NCBI GenBank assembly: GCA_963662285.2 | Contig: CAXXMV010000008.1 | Location: forward strand, 736,001-800,000 | From: a bacterium | GTDB taxonomy: Bacteria > Hinthialibacterota > Hinthialibacteria > Hinthialibacterales > Hinthialibacteraceae | DNA: 64,000 nt | Direction: 5' to 3' | In this document: piece after piece, positions 10,853 to 21,094 of the stretch | Layout of the letters: each line of letters opens with the position of its first letter | Position numbering within the stretch: position 1 is the stretch's first letter | Notes under the pieces: generated by a model | Database searches by the model: none | Seen by the model: the letters and a program-made list of their open reading frames with translations, nothing else | What the model was told of the DNA's origin: nothing | Program-made: the position numbers and the translations under genes

Positions 10853-13800
10853 TTATTCTTTAACAAGGCGAAAACCTAAATATCCCATAGTATAATCTGG
10901 AGATTTAAATTCTCGTTTCGCTGATCTATTTACATTGAAATACCAATGGTTGCCTCGGAGTACACGGTTCTTCCCATTCAAAGGGCCTATAGGATCTATT
11001 TGTGCGGATAGTTTGTACTTTCCATACAAATCGTGGCACCATTCCATCACATTCCCGACCATATCATATAGACCCCAGGCATTGGGTAGTCTTAAACCAA
11101 CTTCACCTGTTTGTAAGTTGGTTTCATGAAGTCTCCATACATAATCGATACATTTTTCTTCATCGTTCCCCCAGAAATACCGGGTAACAGTACCAGCACG
11201 GCACGCATATTCCCATTCTGCTTCTGTCGGCAATCGAAACACACCTTTCCCCATTTGGTTTAGTTTTTCGATAAATTCCTGACAATCGTTCCAGGATACA
11301 TTCTCGACAGGATGATTTATTTGATTGTAGAAATATGAAGGATTTGTTCCCATGACAGCACTCCATTGCGCTTGGGTTACGACATATACTCCCAAGTAAA
11401 AAGGCTGGCCTAGTGTGACCGGATGCTGAATTTCATCTTTATCTCTCCAATAGTCGTTGTCTGGCGAACCCATCATAAACGTACCAGCTGGAATCTGTAC
11501 CATTTTCAGTGGTTTAGCATTGGAAGGCAAATTAGGCAAATCAATTGTAATGGTAGGCAAGTCTATAGTTACAGTTTCGCTCTTCGATGATTCTATATTC
11601 GAAGAAGCCGATTCTTTAGCCCATTTTTCTTCTAGTTTTTCTATCACCAACTTTGCTTCACCACGAATTATATCATCGTCATCTTCGAGGGCTTTATTGA
11701 GCAATGTCAGCGCTTCTGTATCGCGCGGTGATAAGCAAGCAAACGCTTCAATGGCCAATACAGGATGATCAGGAAATACTTCTATCAATTCCGGAATCAC
11801 ACTTTTCGCATCCGATCCCATTTTCCCGATGGCGCCTGCAGATTGAATAGGTAGAACCATACCATCTGCTGAATATTTTTCATGATTTTTTATAATTTCA
11901 ATTAAATCGGGTATGGCCTCTTTTGCCGCTGCGCCAATATGACGTATCCCTTCTACCGCCTCTTCAAATACACCCTCAGGCTTCCCCCTAATCGCATCGA
12001 TGAGTAACGGAACTGTAATCTCCGGCTCACCTTCAATTTTGCTTAACGCTGACAATGCAATTTTACGGATTTTCAGGGAGGGATCGTCAAGTGCTTCTTT
12101 CAGTGCGGGAATTGCGGAATTAATAGCCGAATAATGAACAGACCAATCATGATATAAATCATCGAGGCCGGAATTATTCAAAGAAGAAACTATAAGAAAA
12201 GCGTGAAGACGAAGTATTTTCTGAGAACTGTTGAGAGAATCCAGTATTAATGCCAAAGATTCGTTTACACATTGCCCAATTTGTATTAGTTCACCAGCTA
12301 CTTGAAGACGCACTATAGGATTTTTGTCTTGCTGTGCATCAATCAAAACTTCAACAGCATGCCGGGAGTTTTTAGCTATTTCAGAAAGTGCAACAATCGC
12401 ACTATAAGCAATATATTCATTGGTATCATCAAACGCTTCGCGAAGCGCCAATCTTGCCTCTGCCGTATCGGCGTAATGATTTCGCAGTGTTGCTATTGCC
12501 TTAGACCTGATCTGTTCGGAATCATCATGGACCGCGGATACAAACACCCGAAGAGCTTTTGGTTTGTTTTTCTTTATGATTTCATTATCTAAGGCTTCCT
12601 TTATTAAGGTAATCGCGCGCTCACGCAGTTCTGCGGATGGATCATTATAGCACTCTATAATGGCTAGTAACATTCGATCGACTTGGGAACCATTGCATGG
12701 TTTCAAGATTTCAAGACGTTTAGATAATGTAGCTTCTTGTAACTCTTTAATATCCGATATGATGTAGCTAATATTAAACGCTTTGCTGGCGCAATTCGAG
12801 AACTCACCTGTTAATACTTTTTGTGCGACTGAAAATTTCACTGCCTTATTGTAAAATGTCATCGCATCATCATATTCCATCATATCACGATACGCATCAC
12901 CTAAATGTATATTGGTTAGAGCGACCGTGAGATGATCGGCATCATACAGCATTTCATAGATTTGCAACGCTGATTCCAATAAGCCTTTTGCTTTCTCTCC
13001 ATCGCAGAGACGCAAATATATTTCTCCTAAACTGTCTAAAGAATTAGCGACGTTCAATTTTTCAAAATTCCCCATACTCTCAGCCTTAGAGATAATTTCT
13101 TGCACTTTCGGTAAAATCCTGTTTTCTGTTTCCTGAAGAAATGTATCCAGAGCCGCCAATACATCCGGATCGCGTTCGCCAATATCGCAAATTGCGAAAG
13201 CCGCCTCCTTCCAAACCGAGGGGACAGGATCGTGTAAGGCATTAAGCAAGGCGGACACTGCTTCTTCAGGAAGATCGTAAATGTTACCATCCCAAGTCAA
13301 ACGGTATCTGATTACATTTAACAAATCTATCGAGTTTGCGCGTATCGATTCGTCGGTATGCTGTATCCCGTCCATCAAGAAAGGGATTGATTGTTCACCA
13401 AAAACTTTGATAGCATTCCTTACTTCACCAAGAACTAATCCAGATGGATTTTGCAAGAGGTTGACTAGATAAGGCAAACTATCTACGACTTTCATTGCTC
13501 CCAATTTTTGCGCGGCTTTTCCTGCAACAAATGCTGAATGATGTTTGAGAGATTGTATACAGTTTTTAATCTCATCCTCTTTGGTTAAAGGCACTGTTGG
13601 TGCTTTATCTTGATCTTGGATAAGTTCATCTTCCTTCAGCTTAAGAATTTCCATGATCAGTGCATCCCATTGAGTTATAAATCCACTCTGAACAACAGAA
13701 TTCATCTTATCGGTAGACATTGCTTCGGATTGGGATAAGATACGAAGCAATTGAATGGATTGTACATCAAGATACATTCCATGATCTTTCATATGTGACA

Positions 13801-16800
13801 AAATGTCTCGACAACGAACAATCCAATGGTTCGCTTTTTCGTTTTCACCCATTTGCTTATGCACAATGGCCATAGTAAAATACATTTGAGAAACACGATG
13901 CTGCCATTGTGCATTGCCGGGATCCAATGCCGCTATACGTTCTCGAATGGCTAAAGCCGACTGATATTTTTCCAGCCCTAACGCTGTATCACCTTGGTTA
14001 AAAAACAAATCACCGATTCGCGTTTCGCAGTCTGAGAGATCGAGTTGCAGACGTGCATTTTCGGGATATATACTGGCAAAATATTCACGTATAGCATAAG
14101 CGGAATGATAGGCTTCCTGAGCTTCATTCGTTTTACCTAATTCTATCAGTACATCTCCATATTGGATTAGGCCACGAGCATATCGATAATGCCATTGTTC
14201 ATTTCCTCCATATATTTCTACACATTGCTTCTGAATGGCAAGAGCATTTTTATACACATTATCGATGTTTAATCGCAACGCCTCAGATAAGTTTTTTTTC
14301 AGGAGTAGATCAGAATATTGAAAAAATATTGCTGAGAACTCAGATTTCCATTGGATATTATCCGGATCTTTTTCTATAAGGAATTTACATATCTCAATTG
14401 CGGTATCACATTCTTGAACAGCTTCATCGACATTATCTTGCGCTTCAAGCACCATACTTATTTTTCCGTGGATTATAGCCAGAGTACGTTGCCATTCAGG
14501 ATTGCCGGTATCTGTATTGGTTAAACGATCATGGATCGATTGGGCTTTACGATACGAATGCAATGCATCCGGTAAATTACCTTGATCCATCAGCATCCCG
14601 CCAACCGTGATATGGCAGACTGACAGACCGTGTTGTTGGGAAAATTCACTAGAACCGCTCTCTATGATATTTTGCAAGATATCCCGTACGCACTGCATAA
14701 ACCGTAAACGTAAAATTAATGGGGTATGGCTTTCTAGGGCATTTAAAAGAAATTCATGAAATTTCATGCAAATATTGATTCGTTCGTACGGTTTTAATTG
14801 ACTTTTATCCAATAGCGAAAGCACCCAGTCGAAACCAGGACCAAAATCCACTGTTTCCGAATCGGATTTTGGATTCGTTTCCAACTGATTGCGAATGATA
14901 TGCTCCGCCAAACTCCAGGTGGGACCCCAATGTTGATTTTTAGTAACCTCAAAAAGCAATCTCGCATAATATTTTGCCGCCATCAATTTAGCATCCGCAC
15001 CAATGTAATGAAACATCAAGTTGCTGAATTGGATGAGATCGGTGGAATCCAAATCACTTAGATAATCGGCAATACCAAGATGAATACTTTTTTCTTTTTC
15101 AGTATCGCTTAGGTAACGGTGGTAAATTGCTTCCCGCATTTTTGTGTGAAAAAAATCCCATTGTCCCTGTTCGCCTTTTTGTACAATATGAGATCGAAAA
15201 GTACGGCGTAAACTGGCAAAACGCAGATCATTCCATGGGCAATCGTCCGTAGAAATTTCTGGATACAATTGAGCCATAATGCGGGGCAAAAGAATGCGTA
15301 TATCTTTTTCCCGCCACCCCTGACGGCTGACTGCGATCAGGTTCGCAAAACTTTCAGCCCATTCTTTGCCGTGGATTTCTTCCGCATGTTCTAACATAAA
15401 ACCATACATGCCTTCCACATCGGGAGGAAAGGATTGGGTTGTATCGCACATCATGGCCAAAAGACGTTCTTCATCGGTTCCGGAATATTGTTGATGAGCA
15501 CGTTTAAAATCATCCGCGTCGAGAAGATTCAACTCTTCAACAGCAAGTTCCAGCCACAGTGGAATTCCTAAAGATGGTTCGTCATCAGCATTTTGTTTGT
15601 CCAGTAAAATTTGTAAAACTTTTTGATTCAGGGTTCGATGGTATCGGGCGCATATTGTTTTTATTATGCTTTCCGCCTCATCTGTATTGAGCAATGACAA
15701 TGGGAGCAAATCAATTCCTTTGCGCTGCTGCAAGGATTCCGATTCGGAACCAGGAATAGTGGTTGCAATAAGCCGCACATTGTCAGGAAGAATTCTTCGT
15801 AACCAAGTCATATACGAAGCGCGGGGAGAACGCTCGAATTGGTTTAGGGCATCGATGAGCAACACCACGCGGCGTTTTAACGAAGTCTGACCTAGAATTG
15901 TAAAAAACGTGTTTTCGATCTCCTCAGTCGAAAAACCTTGGCGTGTTTCTTGTTCTACTGGTCTTGATTCCAGATCATTCTGGTATTTTGTGCTGTGGGT
16001 ATCTTTCTCTGCCAGAGGATTTTCGATTGAAAGGAATTGCGCCAATTCCTCCGTCCAGCGCAAGAGCATGGCATCAACTTGACCGGCTTGCTGGCTAATG
16101 CCAGCAGCATGTGAAAGTAACAAGACATCTGATGATTCGAGCATACGATGCATATAGGCGAACAGGGCGCTTTTCCCTGAGCCTGTTCTTCCGGTGATAC
16201 ATATTCCCCATTTTTCATCTTTGAGTGCAATCGATGTGACATGTTTCATCAGGGTTTTGATGATATCGGCGCGTCCGATGAAGTCACGTCCGCGCTGTTC
16301 CACGAATGTATTCAGGATCGAACGTTCCTGTTCCTGCCAAGAGGAAACACTTTGATGGGCGAATTCCAACGTTTCTTCATTCAGTTCATTCCACAAGTCT
16401 TCAAGAACCTGGTTACCCAAGTCTTCAAGATTGTAAACTTGTATAGTTCCATCTGAATCGGATTTCCAATCAGCTCTGTAAGAACGAACACGGTCGGGCA
16501 ATTCTTGTGTGATGCGTTCTTTAAGCGCTCTCAAGCGTTCGGCGCGTGCGGGTTCGCCGGCATGTTGTTCGCTGAAATGAGAAGATTGAGCTAGCGTCAT
16601 CCGATCGTAGTCAAACGATTCTCTAAAATAAAAGAAACATCTCTTTTGCTGGCTAGGTGATTTCAATACGCCATATTCAATTTCAAGAGCCGTAACGCTT
16701 TTACCCTCCAAATCGCTTTCGAAACTGGCCTCTTGTGTGGCAGCCGCCATTCGTTCTTTTGGTGGAACCCATCCATAACGATCACCGATGAGACCGATTA

Positions 16801-17053
16801 AAAACGGTCGGCTGCGCTGTATTTCATCAAGGCATACTTTAAGAACTAACATTTCCTTTTGGTGAGTTTCATCTATTGATATGGTCTCAACTCCCCAACG
16901 CAAATCGATAGATTCTAGATGGTGACGTCTTTCACGTAGACGCTCTTCCAATTCAGGAAATACAACATTGCGTAAATAATCTCTTTCCGCTTGCATATCT
17001 ATAAACGTACTTGTAATAAAAATTGGTCGTGTTTTCCAGTGAGCAGAAGTCAT
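10853..17053 (-). CDS. 2066-aa DUF4062 + NACHT/STAND NTPase + TPR + HEAT + FGE-sulfatase-domain protein
   Basis: IFITSTFIDMQAERD, IDLRWG, SVTALEIEYG (DUF4062); GRTGSGKS Walker A, LLIDALNQ Walker B; TPR/HEAT repeats; C-terminal FMMGS...RLPTEAEWEYACRAG...NAWGLYDMVGNVMEWC...GFRL. Confidence 0.88.
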   Translation of the reverse strand: MTSAHWKTRPIFITSTFIDMQAERDYLRNVVFPELEERLRERRHHLESIDLRWGVETISIDETHQKEMLVLKVCLDEIQRSRPFLIGLIGDRYGWVPPKERMAAATQEASFESDLEGKSVTALEIEYGVLKSPSQQKRCFFYFRESFDYDRMTLAQSSHFSEQHAGEPARAERLRALKERITQELPDRVRSYRADWKSDSDGTIQVYNLEDLGNQVLEDLWNELNEETLEFAHQSVSSWQEQERSILNTFVEQRGRDFIGRADIIKTLMKHVTSIALKDEKWGICITGRTGSGKSALFAYMHRMLESSDVLLLSHAAGISQQAGQVDAMLLRWTEELAQFLSIENPLAEKDTHSTKYQNDLESRPVEQETRQGFSTEEIENTFFTILGQTSLKRRVVLLIDALNQFERSPRASYMTWLRRILPDNVRLIATTIPGSESESLQQRKGIDLLPLSLLNTDEAESIIKTICARYHRTLNQKVLQILLDKQNADDEPSLGIPLWLELAVEELNLLDADDFKRAHQQYSGTDEERLLAMMCDTTQSFPPDVEGMYGFMLEHAEEIHGKEWAESFANLIAVSRQGWREKDIRILLPRIMAQLYPEISTDDCPWNDLRFASLRRTFRSHIVQKGEQGQWDFFHTKMREAIYHRYLSDTEKEKSIHLGIADYLSDLDSTDLIQFSNLMFHYIGADAKLMAAKYYARLLFEVTKNQHWGPTWSLAEHIIRNQLETNPKSDSETVDFGPGFDWVLSLLDKSQLKPYERINICMKFHEFLLNALESHTPLILRLRFMQCVRDILQNIIESGSSEFSQQHGLSVCHITVGGMLMDQGNLPDALHSYRKAQSIHDRLTNTDTGNPEWQRTLAIIHGKISMVLEAQDNVDEAVQECDTAIEICKFLIEKDPDNIQWKSEFSAIFFQYSDLLLKKNLSEALRLNIDNVYKNALAIQKQCVEIYGGNEQWHYRYARGLIQYGDVLIELGKTNEAQEAYHSAYAIREYFASIYPENARLQLDLSDCETRIGDLFFNQGDTALGLEKYQSALAIRERIAALDPGNAQWQHRVSQMYFTMAIVHKQMGENEKANHWIVRCRDILSHMKDHGMYLDVQSIQLLRILSQSEAMSTDKMNSVVQSGFITQWDALIMEILKLKEDELIQDQDKAPTVPLTKEDEIKNCIQSLKHHSAFVAGKAAQKLGAMKVVDSLPYLVNLLQNPSGLVLGEVRNAIKVFGEQSIPFLMDGIQHTDESIRANSIDLLNVIRYRLTWDGNIYDLPEEAVSALLNALHDPVPSVWKEAAFAICDIGERDPDVLAALDTFLQETENRILPKVQEIISKAESMGNFEKLNVANSLDSLGEIYLRLCDGEKAKGLLESALQIYEMLYDADHLTVALTNIHLGDAYRDMMEYDDAMTFYNKAVKFSVAQKVLTGEFSNCASKAFNISYIISDIKELQEATLSKRLEILKPCNGSQVDRMLLAIIECYNDPSAELRERAITLIKEALDNEIIKKNKPKALRVFVSAVHDDSEQIRSKAIATLRNHYADTAEARLALREAFDDTNEYIAYSAIVALSEIAKNSRHAVEVLIDAQQDKNPIVRLQVAGELIQIGQCVNESLALILDSLNSSQKILRLHAFLIVSSLNNSGLDDLYHDWSVHYSAINSAIPALKEALDDPSLKIRKIALSALSKIEGEPEITVPLLIDAIRGKPEGVFEEAVEGIRHIGAAAKEAIPDLIEIIKNHEKYSADGMVLPIQSAGAIGKMGSDAKSVIPELIEVFPDHPVLAIEAFACLSPRDTEALTLLNKALEDDDDIIRGEAKLVIEKLEEKWAKESASSNIESSKSETVTIDLPTITIDLPNLPSNAKPLKMVQIPAGTFMMGSPDNDYWRDKDEIQHPVTLGQPFYLGVYVVTQAQWSAVMGTNPSYFYNQINHPVENVSWNDCQEFIEKLNQMGKGVFRLPTEAEWEYACRAGTVTRYFWGNDEEKCIDYVWRLHETNLQTGEVGLRLPNAWGLYDMVGNVMEWCHDLYGKYKLSAQIDPIGPLNGKNRVLRGNHWYFNVNRSAKREFKSPDYTMGYLGFRLVKE

Positions 17054-17089
17054 TTTTGATATTATCCTTTACTCGAGTTACGCTAATAA

Positions 17090-17345
17090 ATTGCATTCCA
17101 ATAGAAAAAATTACATTCCTCTATGCGAAAGTGCATATTTTTCTCAAAGGTCAAAGAAAGTTGCTAACTCCTCCCGATCCCTGAAAAACGGATAAAGCCG
17201 TTTCGGGAATGTTGCGTCTCTAACTTACTTCCAACAAGCAGAATATTGATTCAGTACGTTTCCAAAAATCGTTGAAGTTTCTTGCCCCAATACGCATCTT
17301 TGTGACTGTAACTAATTAAATCTCAAGATATATGGTTATTTGTCA
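17090..17345 (-). pseudogene. Decayed paralog of the TIR gene at 5461-5793
   Basis: Shares TAACTCCTCCCGATCCC (17165-17181 = 5599-5615) and TGAAGTTTCTTGCCCCAAT (17273-17291 = 5708-5726); multiple frameshifts. Confidence 0.8.
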
Positions 17346-17409
17346 GCGTACCTTTTATGAGCATTTTCCTAAGCGGTGAAAATTATATTTCAAGCTTATT
17401 AAGCAAACA

Positions 17410-19125
17410 CTACTTCACGATTTTCTTTCCTACTTTTTTCAGATAATCTGGAATATTCTTTACGGCATCCCGGTCATAGTCTTTTGTTTCTTCATCCAGG
17501 TCTTGCCACTCTTTCATATCTGGATGAGTTCGTTGTTTTATATCATTTGGCCCTTCAGTAAAATTTTCCAAGCGGTTAAAGGCAAGCCAGCGTTTGTGTT
17601 CCATTTCCGCAAGAATTTCTATATCTTCCTTAGAAAAATGATATTCTTCAACTTCGCTAGTTGCACATATGATTTGAAGACCAAGTGTGCGGAGTTTGAT
17701 TCCAATGTGCAGCGCTTGAAGTCTGTTGGATTCGCGATAATACATATTTAACTGATTCCAGGATTTGTGAGACTCCGTCATCCCAAAGTCATTTTTTTTT
17801 GCTGCGGATTCTAAATAATTTTTATGAATGACTTTTGCCAGATGGTCTAGTTCATCTTCAACAATACATTGTAATGTTGCCGTTTCATTCAATGCACCAA
17901 AATAGTTAAAAGCCGCATCCCGAAATTCAGAGTTCATATAACAGGATTGATCAACATCGGCAGGAATTCTTACAAAGATGGGAATTTTATATTTTTTTAG
18001 TTGTTGAGAAATATTATGAGGATATAAGAATGACTTGCGCTTTTCATTGAAACAAAATACAGCGGATATTATCGCATTTTTATTGTCCAGCCATTTCGTG
18101 AATTGTTTATCAAGGGTTTCCTTTTCAATGTCGGCATGAATAAATTCTATATCAGCCAGTGTATTGATTTGTGGATATTTTGCATATAATTCTTGCTTTC
18201 GGTTTTCCGAATCTAAATCGATAATAGATATTAATGTTTTTTGCTGATTTGCCATTTGATAGAGTTGAATGGCTTTAATAACTAAAATTTCCCCCAAACA
18301 TCCAAATCCTATAAGAATTAAATGGATAAAGTTATTGGAAGAAGGCATGATGGGGTTATAATCCAGCGGAGATTCATTTAATAGTTTCCTAGCCATGATC
18401 TCATACAAGTTGATGATTTGAAACTCTAATCCTGAATGCGGATTCAAGAATAAGTCTTTATCTCGTAAAACAATACACATTTTTGAGTCAATTATATGAA
18501 TATAGTTTCTAAGGATATTACATTTTTTTGATGCAACTGAATCTAACAAAGTCTGATGTACTTCATAAGCAAGTTCCATATTCTTAATATCTTCATCAAA
18601 AAAAGCAAATAAGTATGATGCTTTTTGAATACCTGCTTCAAGCAAAATAGAGTATTTTGTTGGTTCTGCTTGGATATGGTACAAATCCTGATTGTTGAAA
18701 TCATTTGAAACAATATCCAGACTAACATCAGCAAGCAGTACAACGTTTTTTTGCTTTTCTAACAAATCACAAATAAGATGTTTTGCCATTGGGGAATAGC
18801 CACAAACAATGTAGTGAGAATTAAAAAATCGAAGGATAAGTGATATATATTTTTTATAAAACAACGCGATGAATCCTAAAACCAATGTAAATGAGGATGT
18901 AACGACTCCCAGCCATCGAGCCAATTCTACTTGCCATGTTTGAGGAAGATCATCATATTCAAGAATAAATAATTGAATAGTGCTGTAAAGACGATCCCAA
19001 AGACTCCATGCAGGATGTTCAAAGAAATAACCCCAAAGCCCCAAAAATATTGTCCAACAGATTAGACAGGACAAAATTGAACCGCGATTGACTTCGATGT
19101 ATTTGATACCTTTCAAAATATTCAT
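17410..19125 (-). CDS. 2TM + RCK/TrkA-N-like Rossmann domains + RyR-repeat protein (channel-like)
   Basis: Two N-terminal TM helices flanking WDRLYSTIQLFILE; HYIVCGY and LILIGFGCLG Rossmann motifs; LAKVIHKNY...W..L...RESN and LAEMEHKRW...HPDMKEWQDLDEETKDYDR RyR repeats. Confidence 0.82.
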   Translation of the reverse strand: MNILKGIKYIEVNRGSILSCLICWTIFLGLWGYFFEHPAWSLWDRLYSTIQLFILEYDDLPQTWQVELARWLGVVTSSFTLVLGFIALFYKKYISLILRFFNSHYIVCGYSPMAKHLICDLLEKQKNVVLLADVSLDIVSNDFNNQDLYHIQAEPTKYSILLEAGIQKASYLFAFFDEDIKNMELAYEVHQTLLDSVASKKCNILRNYIHIIDSKMCIVLRDKDLFLNPHSGLEFQIINLYEIMARKLLNESPLDYNPIMPSSNNFIHLILIGFGCLGEILVIKAIQLYQMANQQKTLISIIDLDSENRKQELYAKYPQINTLADIEFIHADIEKETLDKQFTKWLDNKNAIISAVFCFNEKRKSFLYPHNISQQLKKYKIPIFVRIPADVDQSCYMNSEFRDAAFNYFGALNETATLQCIVEDELDHLAKVIHKNYLESAAKKNDFGMTESHKSWNQLNMYYRESNRLQALHIGIKLRTLGLQIICATSEVEEYHFSKEDIEILAEMEHKRWLAFNRLENFTEGPNDIKQRTHPDMKEWQDLDEETKDYDRDAVKNIPDYLKKVGKKIVK

Positions 19126-20210
19126 AACTGTATCGACTTCGTTAGCTTTGGAATCATTTGATAATCTCTATCTTCAAAGGGTTTTTGAAATTCCAATAGC
19201 AATTCTTTCATTATGGGATGTATTGCGCATTGCTCCTTTACGTGGCAGTATTGGCAGGTAGTTTTTCCGGTAATTCCCAATTTCCCGACACCCGCCAACT
19301 CACCGGATCCCGAAGCTTTTATCACGGTTCCTTTCCCTTGAGGTGTTAACCAGTAAGCAAAATGACAATGCAGCGGCTCGACTTCAGCCCAATCGCCTGC
19401 TTGTAGGGTTTTAACATTCCAAGTTAATGAGCCCCGCTGGTTCATTGGTTTAGACCAAATTTGCATTTCACCCGATAGAATCCCATAGATTTCAACAGCA
19501 GGAAGTCCGTGAACATGGACATCCTGTTTGTCTTTGGGCGAGAAAAAACTCCATGTAAATCCCAATCCTTGTTTTTGATAGGGTAAATAAGGATCGGCTA
19601 CACGGAGATTAAAGGCTCGATTTCCTGCAGAAAGAATTTCATCTACGGTCTGGCTTTTAACAACTCGGACTCCGGTTTCTTGCAACGAAGCCCAATGACA
19701 TGCCAATGCATCCATGGATGGAATTGTTGATGTTGTATCGATAACCTCAGAAAAATGACTTTGAACATAATTAGCTATCGTTCGGACATTTGGCTCTTTT
19801 GTATCTGCAAGAACTTCATTCAACAATTTCCAGGAAATAATATCTTTTTGCGTATTCAAGTTAGCCCAACCAGATTCAGTTAATGAGATTGTCACTGGGT
19901 ATAAATACCATTTTTTGTTTAGCCCCTCGTAGCGTGGACTATTATGATCGTTTAACAAAAGTGGCAATTCATCTTCTAAAAAGTAACTTCCTGGCTTCAG
20001 TCCAAGATCTTCCTTTAAGGGACGTACGAGTGCTTTATAAAGCGATTCCCCCTGACGTAACTTTGTTGAGGGAAATGTTGGATGTCCTTGTTTTTCTATT
20101 AGCAGAAATTGTACAGGGTCATGAGAAGATAATTTTCTGCAAATCAAACAATATAATACATACGAAATGGACATATCTCTGACATTTTCTCGATTTGATT
20201 TTTCACACAT
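19122..20210 (-). CDS. Degenerate Nudix-like domain fused to a cupin domain
   Basis: FPSTKLRQGESLYKALVRPLKEDLGL resembles a Nudix box lacking the RE..EE acids; HVHGLPAVEIYGILSG...AGDWAEVEPLHCH cupin metal motifs; ATGA overlap with the next gene. Confidence 0.65.
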   Translation of the reverse strand: MCEKSNRENVRDMSISYVLYCLICRKLSSHDPVQFLLIEKQGHPTFPSTKLRQGESLYKALVRPLKEDLGLKPGSYFLEDELPLLLNDHNSPRYEGLNKKWYLYPVTISLTESGWANLNTQKDIISWKLLNEVLADTKEPNVRTIANYVQSHFSEVIDTTSTIPSMDALACHWASLQETGVRVVKSQTVDEILSAGNRAFNLRVADPYLPYQKQGLGFTWSFFSPKDKQDVHVHGLPAVEIYGILSGEMQIWSKPMNQRGSLTWNVKTLQAGDWAEVEPLHCHFAYWLTPQGKGTVIKASGSGELAGVGKLGITGKTTCQYCHVKEQCAIHPIMKELLLEFQKPFEDRDYQMIPKLTKSIQL

Positions 20211-20234
20211 ATAGAATACCTATTTGGGCAAGTA

Positions 20235-20963
20235 TTTCCTGGTTCAACGTGAACTGGAGAATCACTCGTTCTGAGTTAGCACTTCTTTGTATAATAGTTT
20301 GAGTTTTTTAGGCAAGGGGAAACTATCAATCCAATGAATATCTTTTAATGGGAGGCGTAGAAGGAGTGGCCTTCCACACCCCACTCATCGTCTTGATGAG
20401 TTCCATCCGGCTATCCCTGGCGAGTTGCGCTCCCACAGAGCCCGCGTCCGTTTCACCGGATGCTATCATCTTCTTACATCACGTCAGCCGTGTCAAGAGT
20501 TTGCACGGCCTGCAGGTTGGCCTTTCTCCTTCCCGCGCTGCGTGAAGTTTACGATCCCATTCAGCGAAGATCGTGGGTCCGCGTCCGTCAGAGTTCCTTA
20601 AGACTTTTTTTACCTGAATGTGCTTCTCCATGAGTTCATCGAGTACTTCGTTCTTGCGTTTGAGTTTTTTTCCCAGCGCTGCGATTTTTCTCTCAGCGGT
20701 GGCAGACACGTCACTTGGGTTGGATTAGAAGGCGGCGGCTCCATTTTCAAAGAATTGCTTCTGTCAGCGGTAGAACATGGACGGTTGCAGCCCATACGTC
20801 TCACAGTTATCCGATACCTCCTGCCTGTCCACCAAATGGCGCTTCAAAATCCCGACTTTTCCCTGCGGGGTGCAATGCTTGAGTTTCTTTATGATCTCCT
20901 CCATTCGAATATGCTATGCTAACTCAAATGAAGTATTTCTCCATTTCCGTTTGAAACGGAGCA
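20235..20963 (-). mobile_element. Internally deleted IS3-family remnant
   Basis: orfA-like ILKRHLVDRQEVSD.CE.YGLQPSMFYR*QKQFFENGAAAF*...KNEVLDELM fused to orfB tail IFAEWDRKLHAARE; imperfect IRs ~20235-20261 and 20937-20963. Confidence 0.7.
20363..20460 (-). ncRNA. Putative IS-borne structured RNA, copy A
   Basis: TCCGGT-GAAACGGAC-GCGGG-CTC-TGTG GGAG CGCA-A-CTCGC-CAGGGATA-GCCGGA; covaries with copies at 33338 and 52624. Confidence 0.6.
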
Positions 20964-20975
20964 CGGGAAGGAAGA

Positions 20976-21005
20976 TTGACATGTCACTACTTTGTATGAT
21001 AAAAT
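20976..21005 (+). promoter_or_regulatory. Sigma70-type promoter for the right-hand operon
   Basis: TTGACA-N18-TAAAAT with TGn extended -10; TGACATGTCA palindrome overlaps the -35. Confidence 0.6.
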
Positions 21006-21094
21006 CAGGTGTGATATATTTCAGAATAATTCTGGATTAAATGGAAAATCTTGGACATATTGACTAATTTTTTATATCAATTATAGAGGAATCC

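Noticed and set aside
10853-11550. FGE/CLec domain as a diversity-generating retroelement target
   Set aside because: I found no reverse transcriptase and no template repeat matching this 3' end in the window
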